NCBI GenBank assembly: GCA_965287045.1
Contig: OZ336889.1
Location: 16,554,001-16,618,000, forward strand
DNA from: Carcharhinus amblyrhynchos
Taxonomy: Eukaryota
Length of the DNA: 64,000 bases
Direction of reading: 5' to 3'
Part shown: positions 11,430 to 24,265 of the stretch, piece after piece
How positions within the stretch are numbered: position 1 is the stretch's first letter
Layout of the letters: every line of letters begins with the position of its first letter
Translations under genes and position numbers: made by a program
The notes under the pieces: model-generated
Told to the model about the DNA's origin: nothing
Database searches by the model: none
Seen by the model: only the letters and a program-made list of their open reading frames with translations

Positions 11430-14400
11430 TGAGGCAAGGTAAGTTTGTAAGTTTTTTGTTTTATTACTTTTTTCTCTATTTCTTAAAGGGCAAGTATGAG
11501 TGTATGTTGTTGCCAATGCAATATGTGGGAGGTCCTGGAGGCTCCTGGTCTCCCAGACATCCATATCTGTTCTCGGTGTGTGGAGCTGCAGTCCCTAAGG
11601 GACCAGGTTAAGGAACTGGAACTGCAGCTCGAGGACCTTCGTCTCATTAGAGAGAATGAGGAGGTAACTGAAGGGAGCTACCAGCAAGTGGTCACACCAG
11701 GGCAATGGGAAGAAGGCAAGTGGGTAATGGTTAGGAAGGGGAAAGCTCATGTGATGGAGAGCATGCTGGTGGATGTGCCCCTTCAAAATAAGTACTCCTG
11801 TCTGAGTACTGCTGCAGGGGACAGGTCACCTGGGGGAGGAAGCAGTGGCCCGGTCTCTGGAGCTGAGCCTGACCCAGTACTTCAAAAAAGTAAGAAAGAG
11901 AACAGCAAGGCAGTGTTAATAGGGGACTCCACAGTAAGGGGATCAGACAGGTGTTTTTGCGGACACAGACGGGAGTCGCGGATGGTGGTTTGCCTCCCTG
12001 GAGCTGGGATCCGGGATGTCTCTGGACGCATCCCAGACATCCTGAAAGGGGAGGGTGAGGAGCTGGAGGTTGTGGTTCACATAGGTACTGCTGATATAGG
12101 CAGGAAGAGGGAAGGGGTCATGAAAAGGGATTATAGGGAATTAGGTAGACAGTTGAGAAAGAGGAATGCGAAGGTAGTAATCTCAGGATTGCTGCCTGTG
12201 CTGCAGGAGAGAGAGCAGAAATGGAATGAGGTGGAGGGTGAATGTGTGGCTGAGGGACTGGAGCAGGGGGCAGGGATTCCAGTTCCTGGATCATTGGGAC
12301 CTCTTTAGGGGCAGGTGTGACCTGTCCAATAAAGATGGGTGGCACTTGAATCCCAGGGGGACCAATATCTTGGTGGGAAGATTGGTTAGGGCTACGGGGG
12401 GGGGGGGCTTTAAACTAAAGGTTGGGGGGAGGGAACTGAGAGCGAGGATGTTAGCTCCCAAGTAGTGAAGGACTGTGGACAGTGAGAGGGAGGTTCGATG
12501 GGTTATGGAGAAGGGAAGCGCCCAGACCAAAGGTCTGAGGTGTCTATTTTAATGTCAGGAGTGTAGTGAACAAAGTATATGAGCTTAAGGTGTGGATTGC
12601 TGCTTGAGAATGTGATGTGGTGGCCATTACAGAGACTTGGATGTCTCAGGGACAGGACTGGGTGCTTCAGGAAGGACAGGGAGGGGGGGCAAAAGAGGTG
12701 GTGGAGTGGCACTGTTGATCAGGGACAGTGTCATGGCTGCAGAGAAGGTGGATGCTGTGGAGGGAAGTTAGGAACAGCAAAGGGTCGGTAACTTTGGATG
12801 TTTTCAATAGGCCGCCCAATTGTGACAGGGAAGTTGAGGTGTGGATAGGGAAACTGATCCAAGAGAGATGTAGTAATAGAGTTGTCATGATGGGAGACTT
12901 TAATTTCCCAAACACCGACTGGAATATCCCTAGGGTAAGGGGTTTGGATGGGGAGGAGTTTGTTAGGTGTGTTCAGGAGGGTTAGGTGGATAAGCCTACG
13001 AGAGGAGAGGCTGTACTTGACCTGGTGCTGGCTAGTGAACCAGGACAGGTGATGGATCTCTTGATGGGAGAGCATCTCGGGGATGGAGATCATAATTCTA
13101 TCTCCTTCAATAGCATTGGAAAGAGATAGGATCAGGCAAGCTAGGAAGGTGTTGTCTGGAGTAAGGGGAAATATGATGACATCAGGCAGACAATTGGACA
13201 AGCAAACTGGAAGGTGGTGTTCTTGGGGAAAAGTACTGAAGGAAGGTGGCGGATTTTCAGGGAATGTTTGACCGGAGCTATGCACGACAACGTTCCGATG
13301 AGACGAGGAGGTTTTGGTAGGTCGCAGGAGCCGTGGTGCACAAAGGTTGTGGTGAACCTGGTCAAGAAGAAAAGGGTGTATAAAAGGTTCAGAGCTAAGA
13401 TGTTAAGGATCTAGAGGAGTATAAGGCTTGTAGAAAGGAGCTTAAAAAGGAAATTAGGAGAGCCAGAAGGGAACATGAGAAGGCCTTGGCAGGTAAGATT
13501 AAGGAGAATCCCAAGGCGTTCTACAAATATGAAGAGAAAAAGGATGAGAAGTGAAGGAATAGGACCTATAAAAGGTGAAGGGGGAAAAGGTCTGTGGAAC
13601 CGGAAGAAATGGCAGAGGTGCTTAATGAGTACTTTGCCTCGGTATTCACGGTGGAAAGTGATCTGGGAGGTTGTACTACAGGTTTGTGGCAGACTGAAAA
13701 GTTTGAGTATGTGGATATTAAGAAAGACGATGTGTTGGAACTTCTATCAAGACAGGCAAGTCACCAGAACTGGATGGGATGTACCCCAGGTTATTGTGGG
13801 AGGTGAGGGAAGTGATTGCAGAGCCCCTGGCGATTTGATCTTTGCATCGTCAATGGAGGCAGGAGAGGTTCTGGAGGATTGCTGATGCGGTTCCTATTTT
13901 CAAAAGGGAACAGGGATAGCCCGGGAAATTACCGACCGGTGAGTCTGACCTCCGTGGTTGCTAAGTTGATGGAGAGGATTCTGAGGGATAAGATTTATGA
14001 GCATTTAGAGAAGTTTAGAATGATCAGGAATAGTCAGCACAGCTTTGTCAAGGGCAGGTTGTGCCTTAGGAGCCTAATTGAGTCCTTTGAAAATGTGACT
14101 GAACACATTGACGAAGAAAGAGCAGTGGATGTGGTTTAATGGACTTCAGCAAGGTGTTTGGTAAGGTCCTCCATGCAAGACTTTTTGAGAAGGTGAGAGG
14201 GCATGGGATCCAAGGGGCTTTGGCCTTGTGGATCCAGAACTGGCTTGCCTGCAGAAGGCAGAGTGGTTGTGGATGGGTCTTTTTCTGCGTGGAGGTCAGT
14301 CACCAGTGGAGTGCCCCAGGGATCAGTTCTGGGACCCTTGCTGTTTGTCATTTTCATAAATGACCTAGATGAGGATGTGGAGGGATGGGTTCGTAAGTTT

Positions 14401-15296
14401 GCTGACAATATGAAGGTTGGTGGTGTTGTGGATGGTGTGGAGGGATGTCAGAAGTTGCAGCGTGACATGATAGGATGCAAGACTGGGTTGGAGAAGTGGC
14501 AGATGGACTTCAACGTGGATAAATGTGTAGTGGTCCATTTTGGCAGGACCAACAGGATGCAGTAGTACAATATAAAGGGTAGGACTCTTAGCAGTGTTGA
14601 AGAGCAGAAGAATCTTGGGGTCCGGGTCCATCGGACTCTTAAATCGGCCTCGCAGGTGGAGGATGTGGTCAAGGCATATGGTGTGCTGGCCTTCGTTAAT
14701 CGAGGGATTGAGTTTAGGAGTCGGGAGGTAATGCTGCAATTTTATGGGACCCTTGTCAGACCCCACTTGGAGTACTGTGCGCAGTTCTGGTCGCCTCACT
14801 ACAGGAAGGATGTGGAAGCTATTGAGGGTGCAGAGGAGATTTACAAGGATGTTGCCTGGATTGGGAGGCATGCTTTATGAAGATAAGTTGAGGGAGCTAG
14901 GTCTCTTCTACCTGGAGAGACGAAGGTTGAGAGGTGACCTGATAGAGGTGTATAAAATGTTGAGAGGAATAGATAGGGTGGATTCTTGGAGGCTATTTCC
15001 CAGGGCTGAAATGGTTGCTACTAAAGGACACAGGTTTAAGGTGCTGGGAAGCAAGTAGAGGAGATGTTAGGGGTAAGTTTTTTTTTCACTCAGGGTGGTG
15101 AGTGAGTGGAATTGGCTGCAGTTGGTGGTGGTAGAGGTGAACTCACAGGGGTCTTTTAAAAGACTTCTGGATGAGTATATGGGATCTAATGGCATTGGAA
15201 GTTAGATTGTTCTATACCTTGGTAGGTATAGATGTGATTGGCACAACTTGTGGGCTGAGGGCCCGTTTGTGCTGTAGTGTTAAGTTCTGTGCTCTA
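11430..15296 (+). mobile_element. Near full-length CR1 LINE family B: ORF1 (zinc finger, coiled coil, SGNH esterase) + degraded ORF2
   Basis: ORF 11496..12308: CxxC..CxxC, VLIGDS, CLPGA, VVVHIGT; next frame DGWHLN; ORF2 motifs MGDFNFP, NYRPVSLTS, SGVPQGSVLGP, FADN. Confidence 0.95.
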
Positions 15297-15499
15297 AATC
15301 CTGAGATTCCTGTGCAAGCACCATCACCTTTTTTCAGTCCCTTGCTCCTCCAGATTGCCGAGGCCTTCTGCTTTGGCAATGTCAGCATCACAGACAAACA
15401 TCTGTATGCTAGTGCCACTTTAAAAAAAAATCTGAACGTCATTAACATTGAGATAATGGCCAGATAATTTAAAATAATGCCATGGAATCTTTGCATCCT

Positions 15500-15625
15500 G
15501 TTGAGGAGGCAGGTGCAAACTTGTTTAATGTCTCATTCAAAAGGTAGTGTGGTGCTCTCTTGGTCCTTAGGTGCCCAAGTACCAGAGTGGGACTGGAACC
15601 TGGGCTCTTCTGCTTCAGACATGCT
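15500..15625 (-). mobile_element. Old Deu-domain/SacSINE-like SINE fragment
   Basis: gtttaatgtctcattcaaaag and gagtgggactggaacctggg...ctgcttcaga resemble the reverse of a tRNA head plus Deu core; recalled similarity only. Confidence 0.4.
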
Positions 15626-16059
15626 GATCCTTGGCTTTCTCTAAGGGTAGCTGGCTTTTGTTTGCTCTTCCTATTGGTGTGCTCCCTCCTTGCTGCTGAC
15701 CAGGCCATTAATTTAGCTGCCTTTCAATTAGAAATGGAGCTAAAAATGCATTATTGAGATCATGCTGTTCATTTCAGCAGTCTTCTATAGCTCACCCTTG
15801 CTGTATTCCTGGGTTATTTTTCACCCTCACTTGCATCTTCCCAAGGGTTGTTTTCAGTCTTTCTTGTATCTATCCTGTAATTTCAGAGCCTGAGACTCAG
15901 TGCTGATCATGCTGAGTGCACATGTGTAGCTGTTCCTGCCAACTTTCCAGTGTTTGAAGGATCAGGCTCTTACAAAGTAATGAAAATGTCAATAAAACAG
16001 ACCTTCTACTCCCTGTGTGTGTGTGCCTACTGGCCTCAGTTTACGTATTCTTGCAGTTA

Positions 16060-16345
16060 CAAAGAAGAACAAAAACAGCCCAGGAAACAGGCCCTTCGGT
16101 CCAAGCCCGTGCCACCATCTTAACACCACCAGTTCCCCCCCTCCACCCATGACGCTTATCTAATGTTTTATGGCCATCCACATTGAGGGAAACTAATTTG
16201 GGGACAATTTATTACTGCCAGTCAGCCTAGTAGCACATCTTTGGGGTGTGGGAGGAAACCGGAGCACCCAGAGAAAACCCACGCAAGCATGGGGAGAATG
16301 CGCAAACTCCCACAGACACTGGCCTAAGTCCATGTGTCTGCACAG
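16060..16345 (-). mobile_element. HE1/V-SINE-type SINE
   Basis: gtgggaggaaaccggagcacccagagaaaacccacgc...ggggagaatgcgcaaactcc is the reverse of the SINE core. Confidence 0.8.
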
Positions 16346-17149
16346 CAATCAGTGATAGTCACTGAGCTGTCGTCTTGCCCAGTATCTGGTCCAGTTTAAG
16401 CACACACTAATGACATGAAGCACTAGGCCAATCTCAAACAACCAAGAGCAGAACCCATATGAAAAAAACATGTCTGACCAGATGTTCAACCTGCTTCTGT
16501 TGTGTGGTTGCCAAATGGCCAACTGGGGGATATCAGAGTATTGAGGGGTTATTTTTGTTTGGGGGTGTGGTGGTGGTGTGTGGAATGAGGGCTTAACAAA
16601 CCATGAATTCCAAACCATGGGCCAATATCCTGGTAAATAATAGGCCTTCTGGTGCCTGCCTCTGGAGATGATAGTGGGAATTTACTACCTTGCCACACCC
16701 AGTGATTAGCTTTGTGAGTTGGGGAAAATAGTGTGCAATGCTAAAAGTCTGATTCACATCTGGTGTGAAATGTTTTGAAATCTTCCTGCAGGTTTGGGGG
16801 TTGGTCTTATTTGTGATTCATCAGGGGACCCATTGGGGGGGCCCCGATGCCAATTGGCAATGTTCTTGAGCTGATAGAGAAGGCCCACAGATTTTAGTGC
16901 CTTTACACTCATTTAGAAATGATTCCAGTCATGCTGTTAGTCTATTTAAGGTAGCCCTCTGTTCCTGCTGCAACAAATGAATGAGTTGGCTGCCAGTATG
17001 TCTGCTTAAGTGTGATTGATTTTTTTTCTTGCATGTTGCAAGTCAAGTTGCTTTAGGTTTTCAAGTATCATTGGCACTTTTAATAAAGTAAATGGAAAAT
17101 GAGTGTAGTAATAAAACTCCATGTGGGGGGTGGAATTGTGGGCTGTGGC

Positions 17150-17500
17150 TTTCTGGAAAAAGGATTACTACAAGAAGACCTAATTAAATTTTTCAATATT
17201 ATGAAGGGGTTTGATGTGGAGCAACTGTTTAACTGAGTGAATCTAAAACACAGAAATTAAGCAGAGGATGGCCACTAAGACCACGTAGAGAATTTGAGAG
17301 GACTTTTTTTTTTGAGTGACAAAATGTGAAATTGTTGCCAGAGGAAGTGGTTGAAGCAGACTATGTTTAGGTGGGGGCTAGATGCACTTGACAGTAGGTG
17401 GTAGGAAGATGAGGGACAGGTTGGGAAGAGGGAGTGGTAATAGGGTTGTATGCAGTATGAACACAGTCCCAGACAAGTTAGGCTTCATAGATTTTTGTGC
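17150..17500 (+). mobile_element. Old CR1 3' fragment
   Basis: Decayed GDLI..F.IMKG and tgccagaggaagtggttgaagcag (LP..VVEA) motifs. Confidence 0.55.
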
Positions 17501-17722
17501 TGCAAGTTCAGTGGTTACTACAGTAATGTTCAGCCAATTCAATTCATTCCAAGTAATATCAAGAGACAGTTGTAAGCACTGGATATTGCAAAAGCTATGG
17601 GCCCTGACAATGTGTAGACAATAGTATGAAAGACTTGTGCTCCAGAACTAGCTGTGCCTCCAGTACACTTAGAACACTGGCATCTAACTGACAGTATAAA
17701 ATTGACCACTTATATCCTATCC

Positions 17723-18856
17723 AAGTCTCTCAGCACCAGGTTAAAGTCCAACAGGCTTATTTGGTAGCAAAAGCCACTAGCTTTCAGAGTGCTGCTCTTT
17801 CATCAGGTAAGTGGGAGTTCTGTTCACAAACAGGGCATATAAAGGCACAAACTCAATTCCCAAAATGGTTGGAATGCAAGTTGTGACAGGTAGTCAAGTC
17901 TTAAAGGTACAGTGGAGAGAAGGTTTAGCACAAGTTAAAGAGATGTGTATTGTCTCCAACCAGGACGGTTAGTGGGATTTTGCAAGCCCAAGCAAGTTCT
18001 TAGAGTGTGATATGACCTAGCTCCCAGTTAAGGCCATCCTCGTGTGGGGAACTTGACTCAGTCTCTGCTCAGCGACTGTTGTATGTTGTGAAGGCCACTT
18101 TGGAGAACACTCACCCAAAGATCAGAGGCTGAATGCCTGTGACTGCTGAAGTATTCCCTAACAGAAAGAGAACACTGTGCCAGGTGATTGTTGCATGGTG
18201 TTCATTCATCTGTTGTCATAGTGTCTGCATGGTCTCCCCAATGTACCTTGCCTTGACATCCTTTGCTCAGTGTATCAGGTAGACAACATTGGCCAAGCTG
18301 CAAGCATATGTACCATGTATCTGGTGGATGGTGTTCTTACATGGCATCCATGTCAGTGATCCAGCATGTCTTGCAGAGGTTGCTGTGGCAGGGTTGTGGT
18401 GTCATGGTTACTGTTCTCCCTAAGGATGGGTAGTTTGCTGTGGACAGTGGTCTGTTTGAGGTTGTGCAGTTGTTTGAAGGCAAGAAGTGGGGGTGTAGGG
18501 ATGGCCTTGGCGAGATGTTTGTCTTCAATGACATGTTTGAAGGCCTTGGGTTTGCAAAAAATCTCACCCAACTGTACTGGCTGGAGACAAGACAAATCTC
18601 TTTAACCTGTGCTTAACCTTCTCTCCACTCACATCTTTAAGACTCTTTTACTTGTAAAGACTTGCATTCCAATCATTATTTTGTAAATTGAGTTTGTCTA
18701 TGTATGCCCTATTTGTGAACAGAGCTCCCACTTGCCTGATGAAGGAGCAGTGCTCCAAATGCTAGTGGCTTTTGCTACCAAATAAATCTGGATTTATCTT
18801 GGTGTTGAGACACTTCTTACTGTGTTTACCCCAGTCCAACACTGACATCTCCACAT
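17723..18856 (-). mobile_element. Penelope-like element, 5'-truncated, GIY-YIG endonuclease end with inverted terminal repeat
   Basis: Minus strand encodes PLLAFKQ..NLKQ..V.SKLP, PCHSNLCKTC, NVVYLI...YIGET...NEH; inverted arms ~17723-17990 and ~18547-18815; TSD-like ctatcca/ctgtcca. Confidence 0.9.
17774..17814 (-). ncRNA. Minimal type-I hammerhead ribozyme motif in PLE terminus
   Basis: Reverse complement ccacttac-CTGATGA-a-AGAG cagca CTCT-GAAA-gc-TA-gtgg. Confidence 0.6.
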
Positions 18857-19995
18857 AACTGTCCACATAAAAAGGACAAATCCAACCTGGCCTATTAGTC
18901 TCTGCTCAATCATCAGCAATAAAGTGTCAAATGTGCTATGAAGCAGCACTTGTGCAACAATAACATGCTCAGTTTGGGTTTTGCCAGGGCCATTTGATTC
19001 ATGATGTAATTATAGCCTTGGTCCAAATATGGACAAGAGTGGAATTCCAGAGAGGAAGTGAGGCAGAGATAGAACTTGACCTAGTCTGGCCTTGCAAAAC
19101 TGGACCTAACAGAAATCAGGGTGGTATAAAACTAGCACAAAGAAAGATGGTTGTGCTTATTAAAGATCAATCATATCATTCCCAGGACATCACAACAGGA
19201 GCTTCTCAAGGTAAAAACCATCTGCAGCTGTATTTTAGAAGTGAAGACCACACTGGGGGCAAGTAAGCATAATGCTCAGTTGGTGCCCTCTGTGTATAGC
19301 CCCATTTTGGGAAGGGGGGTGCTTTTTAAATCTAAGATCAGGGTGTCATTTGACTTCTTAGGCCCCTTCCCTCCAGCTGATTGTTCAAAGGGGAAGCAGG
19401 AATCACATTGTGCAATTTCAATGTTGCGAGAAAGCACTGCCTACAAGGCTTCACACCAATTTTCTCAACTTGGTCAGCATTGTGTGTATTTGAGAAGATT
19501 GCACTTATAGACTTGGAATTACATTGTTCCTTTTGCTGGATCAAAATCCTGAACTCACTCCCCAACAGCACTGTATGGATGTACTTACAATTCATGAAAT
19601 GTAGCAGTCCAAGAGGTGGCTGACCAGCACCTTCAAAGATAATTGGGGATGGGCAATAAGTGCTGGCTTTGACAGCAATGCCCAATCCCAAGAAGGAATT
19701 TAAACTTAGATTAGGAAGATCTAAACTCCAGGATTTGAAGTGAGTGACTGCCTTTGATGATAAGGTCACATTTAACTGAGGTGTGGCATCAAGTCACCCT
19801 ACCAAAACTGGAGTCAATTGGAATTGGGTGGGGGGATGGGTTGTTTGGTGATTCTGGAGCAAGTCACTGCTTCTGGCCAAATAAGTGTGGCCTTTGTTTA
19901 TTATTGAATAAAAGTTCACTATCCAATGCAGCAATCTAGATTGCATTTGCAAAAGTATGGTAATAGTGAGATCCTGTGCTGCTTTGAACTACACC

Positions 19996-20110
19996 AAAAG
20001 AACATAAGAAATAGGAGCAGGAGTAGGCCGTCTAGTCCCTTGAGCCTGCCCCACCATTCAATAAGATCATTGCTGATCTAAAGAACATCCTATTTTCTTA
20101 TTAAAAGAAC
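19996..20110 (-). mobile_element. Very short CR1 family A 3'-end insertion with aaaagaac direct repeats
   Basis: aagaacataagaaataggagcaggagtaggcc...ataagatcattgctgatct is the reverse complement of the 3' UTR at 46820-46899. Confidence 0.85.
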
Positions 20111-20180
20111 CTCTGCTGCCAAATGGACAATTGTAGAATTCCGCTACCATTATTATCAAATTATTTGCACAGTATTTCTT

Positions 20181-20500
20181 GTCAGCTTGGCTCAGTTGGC
20201 TCTTTTTGTTGGAAGGCCAAGTTCAGTGCAAGTTCTGTGTGTGTAATAATCAATGCTGACGCTCAAATGAATGGATGACAAGTGCAATGCTTTAGATGAG
20301 CTGCAATAAACCATGGCAGTTCATATTTATGTTAAAATTTAGATGTTCAAACATTCCTTCATCACAACAACCAAAAATAGATTCAACTAGTATTTGTCTC
20401 AAGAAGCCTAGTAACTAGATCATTTCCTTATGCACTTGAAAATAATGCATTGGTGAAGTGTTTTTGGATGTTTGAAATAAATAAGATACTTTATCACTTT
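20181..20500 (+). mobile_element. Very old SacSINE/Deu-type SINE
   Basis: tRNA-like head gtcagcttggctcagttgg, ctttagatgag...taaacc core, L2-like tail; heavily decayed. Confidence 0.4.
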
Positions 20501-20539
20501 TTTTTCACTTTTCTAAGGGTGGCAATATTTTTCCCCCTC

Positions 20540-20700
20540 AAATAAGAGCTGGAAATCTGAAACAAAAACAATGCTGAAAAAAAAAGCCTGTCTGGCAGTA
20601 TCCACAGAGCGAGCCAATGTTTCAAGTTCATAGACTCTGCAGTTCCAAAGAAGAGTCATAGTATTTTGTTTTGTTTTAAACATCCCTTCTTTGCTGCTTT
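20540..20700. mobile_element. Second Penelope-type terminal-repeat family fragment
   Basis: gctggaaatctgaaacaaaaacaatgctgaaa...ctggcagtatc; related copy at 27781-28220. Confidence 0.55.
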
Positions 20701-20749
20701 CCTCCTTTTTTTTCAAATATCTTGTGACTATTTTTTCATGTAATTCTTA

Positions 20750-21003
20750 GTTTACAGAAGAAGGCCCTTCAGCCCATTGAACTCCAGCTATCCAAAAGAG
20801 CTTCTCCTATCCCTGTAACTATGCATTTACCATAGCTAATCCACCTAACCTATGCATCTTGGGAGTGTGGGAGGAAATTGGAGCACCCGGCAAAAACCCA
20901 TACAGACCTGCAGGGAACATACAAACTCCACACACCCACTTGAGGCTAGAATCAAACTATGTCCCTGGTGCTGTGAGGTAGTATTACTAACCACTATGCT
21001 GTC
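20750..21003 (-). mobile_element. HE1/V-SINE-type SINE
   Basis: gtgggaggaaattggagcaccc...caaactccacac...ccctggtgctgtgaggtag...ctaaccact. Confidence 0.85.
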
Positions 21004-21074
21004 CCAATTTTAATTCTGATTTTGATGGTTCTGACACCTTTCAGTTCTCCTGCATCTGAGGAGAATGTTGGCTG

Positions 21075-21206
21075 TTTTATCTCTGACTTGTGCTAGCCAC
21101 TTCCTGTCATAGTGTAGCTGAGATTGGATCATAGTGTGGTGGGTTGAATTTGCATTACATAGCCTTTTAATTTCTGGTGTCTCAATCACCATACAAACAG
21201 GAAGTG
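21075..21206. promoter_or_regulatory. Candidate enhancer: GATA + ETS + octamer + FOX:ETS-like motifs
   Basis: TTATCT ~21077, CACTTCCTGT 21098-21107, ATTTGCAT 21148-21155, ACAAACAGGAAGTG 21193-21206. Confidence 0.35.
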
Positions 21207-23539
21207 TTTTTTCTCCCTGGAAAATATACAAGAGTTTAAAAAAAAACTGCTCTGTCCATTCAATGAGTCCATGGTATTGTAATGCACTCCCAACACAAGT
21301 CAGATGCACACCATTGGATTGTAAGATTGAGACTGGGTGGATGTGATTTATTTGTTTGAATTTTTTTCTACCTATTTCCTTAAGACATTAGTTCCTGTGA
21401 TACAGTTTCATTGGTGTTGGCCACCCTCCAGTGCCTTGTCAAGATGACAATTCTCTATGCATGAATTTTGACTATATATTTTGGCAGCTAGGCTACTGGG
21501 GAAAAATGTACAATTATTTCTTGTATTCCTGAAAAATGCAGCTTTTAAATGAATCAGATTTTCCCTTTACATTCAATGTAAAAACTTTAGTTAAGTTCTA
21601 TAATACCTTTTCCTTTCAGGAAAATAACATTGTACCCTGCATTGCCAAATTACAGCATTCATAAACAAAAGTTTTACTCCCACTTTTTTCTCATCTCCTG
21701 CTCACCACCTTTTTCCTGCTGCTGATTATGCTCCCCATCATGCTGGACCCCTTCCTACTTGTCAACCCTCCCACAGGTTGTTCCTCCCACTCACCACTTC
21801 CTTTTCTTGAATCCTTGCTGCACAGTGGGTAATGGGAACGGCTTCTCCAAAATGGATCTGATTGTTCACACAACTCTATCACACATAGCACAAGCATGAG
21901 TTTTTGCAAAACCACAAGTACTAGCTCCATTTAAAACAGACACATGAAATCAAAATAACTTACAATGGGGCAACTTAAAGTGAGAACTTGCATCTGTCTT
22001 GTCCTTGACTTGTATTGATACTCCTATTCCAGTAGGAGTCACTGGTGAGTGATTAATTGCAACTGAGTACCTTCTTCCATCCTAAGCTCAAGTGCTGTGG
22101 TCACATTGACAAATTCAGTGCAGACTGAAAATCAAAACAATCCTGTATAAATTACAGGAATATAAATTATCCAGTTTCAACTTGCCAACTTGGTCTATTT
22201 TGTATGTTATTTAAATGTGCAAAAGTTATTCTATAATTTTGTTCGATTATGATTAGGCATCATTTTGGACTCCACAAACCGCCATTTCAAAACAACTTTT
22301 TTTTAAAAAAACATCCAATTAATGTCTAACACTTAACTAGTACATTCCTTTTTTAACCTGTCTTGTTTTTAACCTTTGCCTGATCAAGTGCTGTTGTGCA
22401 GTCCTGTCCTCGTGACTGTCGCATGGTTGGTGGAAAGATGCTGATGGCCCTACAGGACAACCTTGAGTGGCTCTAGTCTGAGGGTTCAGTTTCAGACTAT
22501 ACCACCTGCATAGATAACTTGGATTGGCTGCTGACAGGCAACAACAAGAGCATTGGTGGGAGGAGGAAGGCTGTCATCATGAAAGATAACAGCAGTGTTC
22601 TCGGGAGCCACTGTCACTCCCCTGGCACCTTGGAAATCTACTCTCAGAATATTGACTTCAGTGAGACCCTGCTAGCCCCTTTGATCACCTGATACCTGCA
22701 GTTATGATGGCAGCAATTGGCAACTGGGTGTCAGAGCTGACTTAGTCTGTGCTTCCACTACAGCACTTGGGCACTTTGTGACTTCTGCTTGTGTTGCAGT
22801 GGGAGTTGAGATGTCAGCCATTAGCCACATGGTTGGGTGTCCAAGAATTCTCATGGAGTTGAGCATTGTTATGGATGAGTTTGATTTTAAGCAGCACTAA
22901 TTGCTTCTCATCTGTTCATAAACAAGAGTGCTTTGATTTGTTTCCTTCTTTATAAACAGTATTTTCCAGCACCTTTTTAGATGCAATCAGATTTCTATGA
23001 ATAACCCCACTGCAAATTCAATAGGGTGAAATCAAAGGGTTAGTTTATTTGCTTACATGCAAAATATGGAGAAGTTTTGCAACATCTCCTTTGCAAACAG
23101 AAAAGATCTACAGAAGAAAGTGTTGCAAGTAGGTTCCATAGTTTAATATCAAGGAGGTTGGTAGGATCAAAACAGAAGCTGGATAATCACTTTAGTGTTG
23201 ACTTTACACAATGTATAGATATACAGATGAATCAGTCTTTTAGGTGATAGACAGAACTTCCAACAGAAGCAGGATACATGAGTCCATTTGTCCAACCTGG
23301 ATCAGTTCTTTTGGTGTAGCCTGGTTTGCTAATCAAACAGACTGAATTATGCAGTTCAAGTCACATGACATTACCTCATGGCAAGGTCTTCAACAAAGGA
23401 TGTTTATTCAGGACCTGTAATTCTGCTTGGTTTCAAGACTGCTGTTATGAGTTAAGGAATGTTTTAAGAGGCCACTGCCTTAGTGGACATTCTGTCTCTG
23501 CCAGCAAACCTGGGTTATCAAATACAAAAAGACTTTAAT

Positions 23540-24265
23540 GCAGCTCCCTTTGATGTTGGGCTGTGTAGTCCCAGGTGAGCATTAGTAACTCTTCAGCAAT
23601 TTGAGATTTTTTGAATCCACAGTTAAGCTATTTTTAAGGATCTTTTGTTCAGCTTTTAAAAGAGATCTTTGTCCATCATTTCCACACTGGAAAGAAGAGA
23701 TGCCAAGTTGGTGCTGGACTCTTCCATGTTCCTTGCCAATGATGTCAAACTTTCTGGCAGGTCTGCAAATACATCATGCATTTCATTTTGGATTAGCCCG
23801 TTTCTGTATACTGACCTGTTGAAGGCCTCTGTGGCAGAGGCATTCAGTGACCTTGATCATTTGTATGAGGTTGAGGTTTTCTTTCTTTGCAGTGCTGCAT
23901 CTAGGTCCTTGGGGCAACACTGCTGGCATTGACTGATGGCTATCTGCTCCTGCTGGCTTCTTGTTGTTGTATGTCTGGTCTCCTTGGCTGGAGGATCTCT
24001 TTTCCTGACCATTTCCTAAAGTATGTTTTGCAGTGTTGTATTAGAACCTGGAACAATCCTGCTGCAATCAAAATACACCTCATGAAGAAATGGAGTCTAA
24101 CTTTAATGAGCAGTGTGGCCAAGTGATGGTAGCCCTGTGTGAGCTTGGGTGTCCTGCTGAATACTATTTAATACTGTTCTTCAGATGACAAGGCAGCAGA
24201 AAGTTCATGTCCATCGCATATAGTGATCCCTGTACCAATTTTATGGTCCTTATCCAATTTTCCTT
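23540..24265 (-). mobile_element. Decayed LINE (possibly RTE-like), endonuclease/linker region
   Basis: Minus-strand (D)HHLATLLIKVRL resembles the APE C-terminal SDH strand; weak. Confidence 0.35.

Larger units (their letters stand above)
17540..19705 (+). mobile_element. Old CR1/L2-group LINE fragments (RT N-terminal part and 3' end), split by the Penelope insertion
   Basis: KAMGPD..., ELAVP, P(V)HKK.DKSN..., PISL.SIISK, QFGFCQG motifs continuing across 17723-18856. Confidence 0.65.

Noticed and set aside
19023-19032. Second CArG box CCAAATATGG
   Set aside because: Lies in the coding remnant of an old LINE; likely chance.
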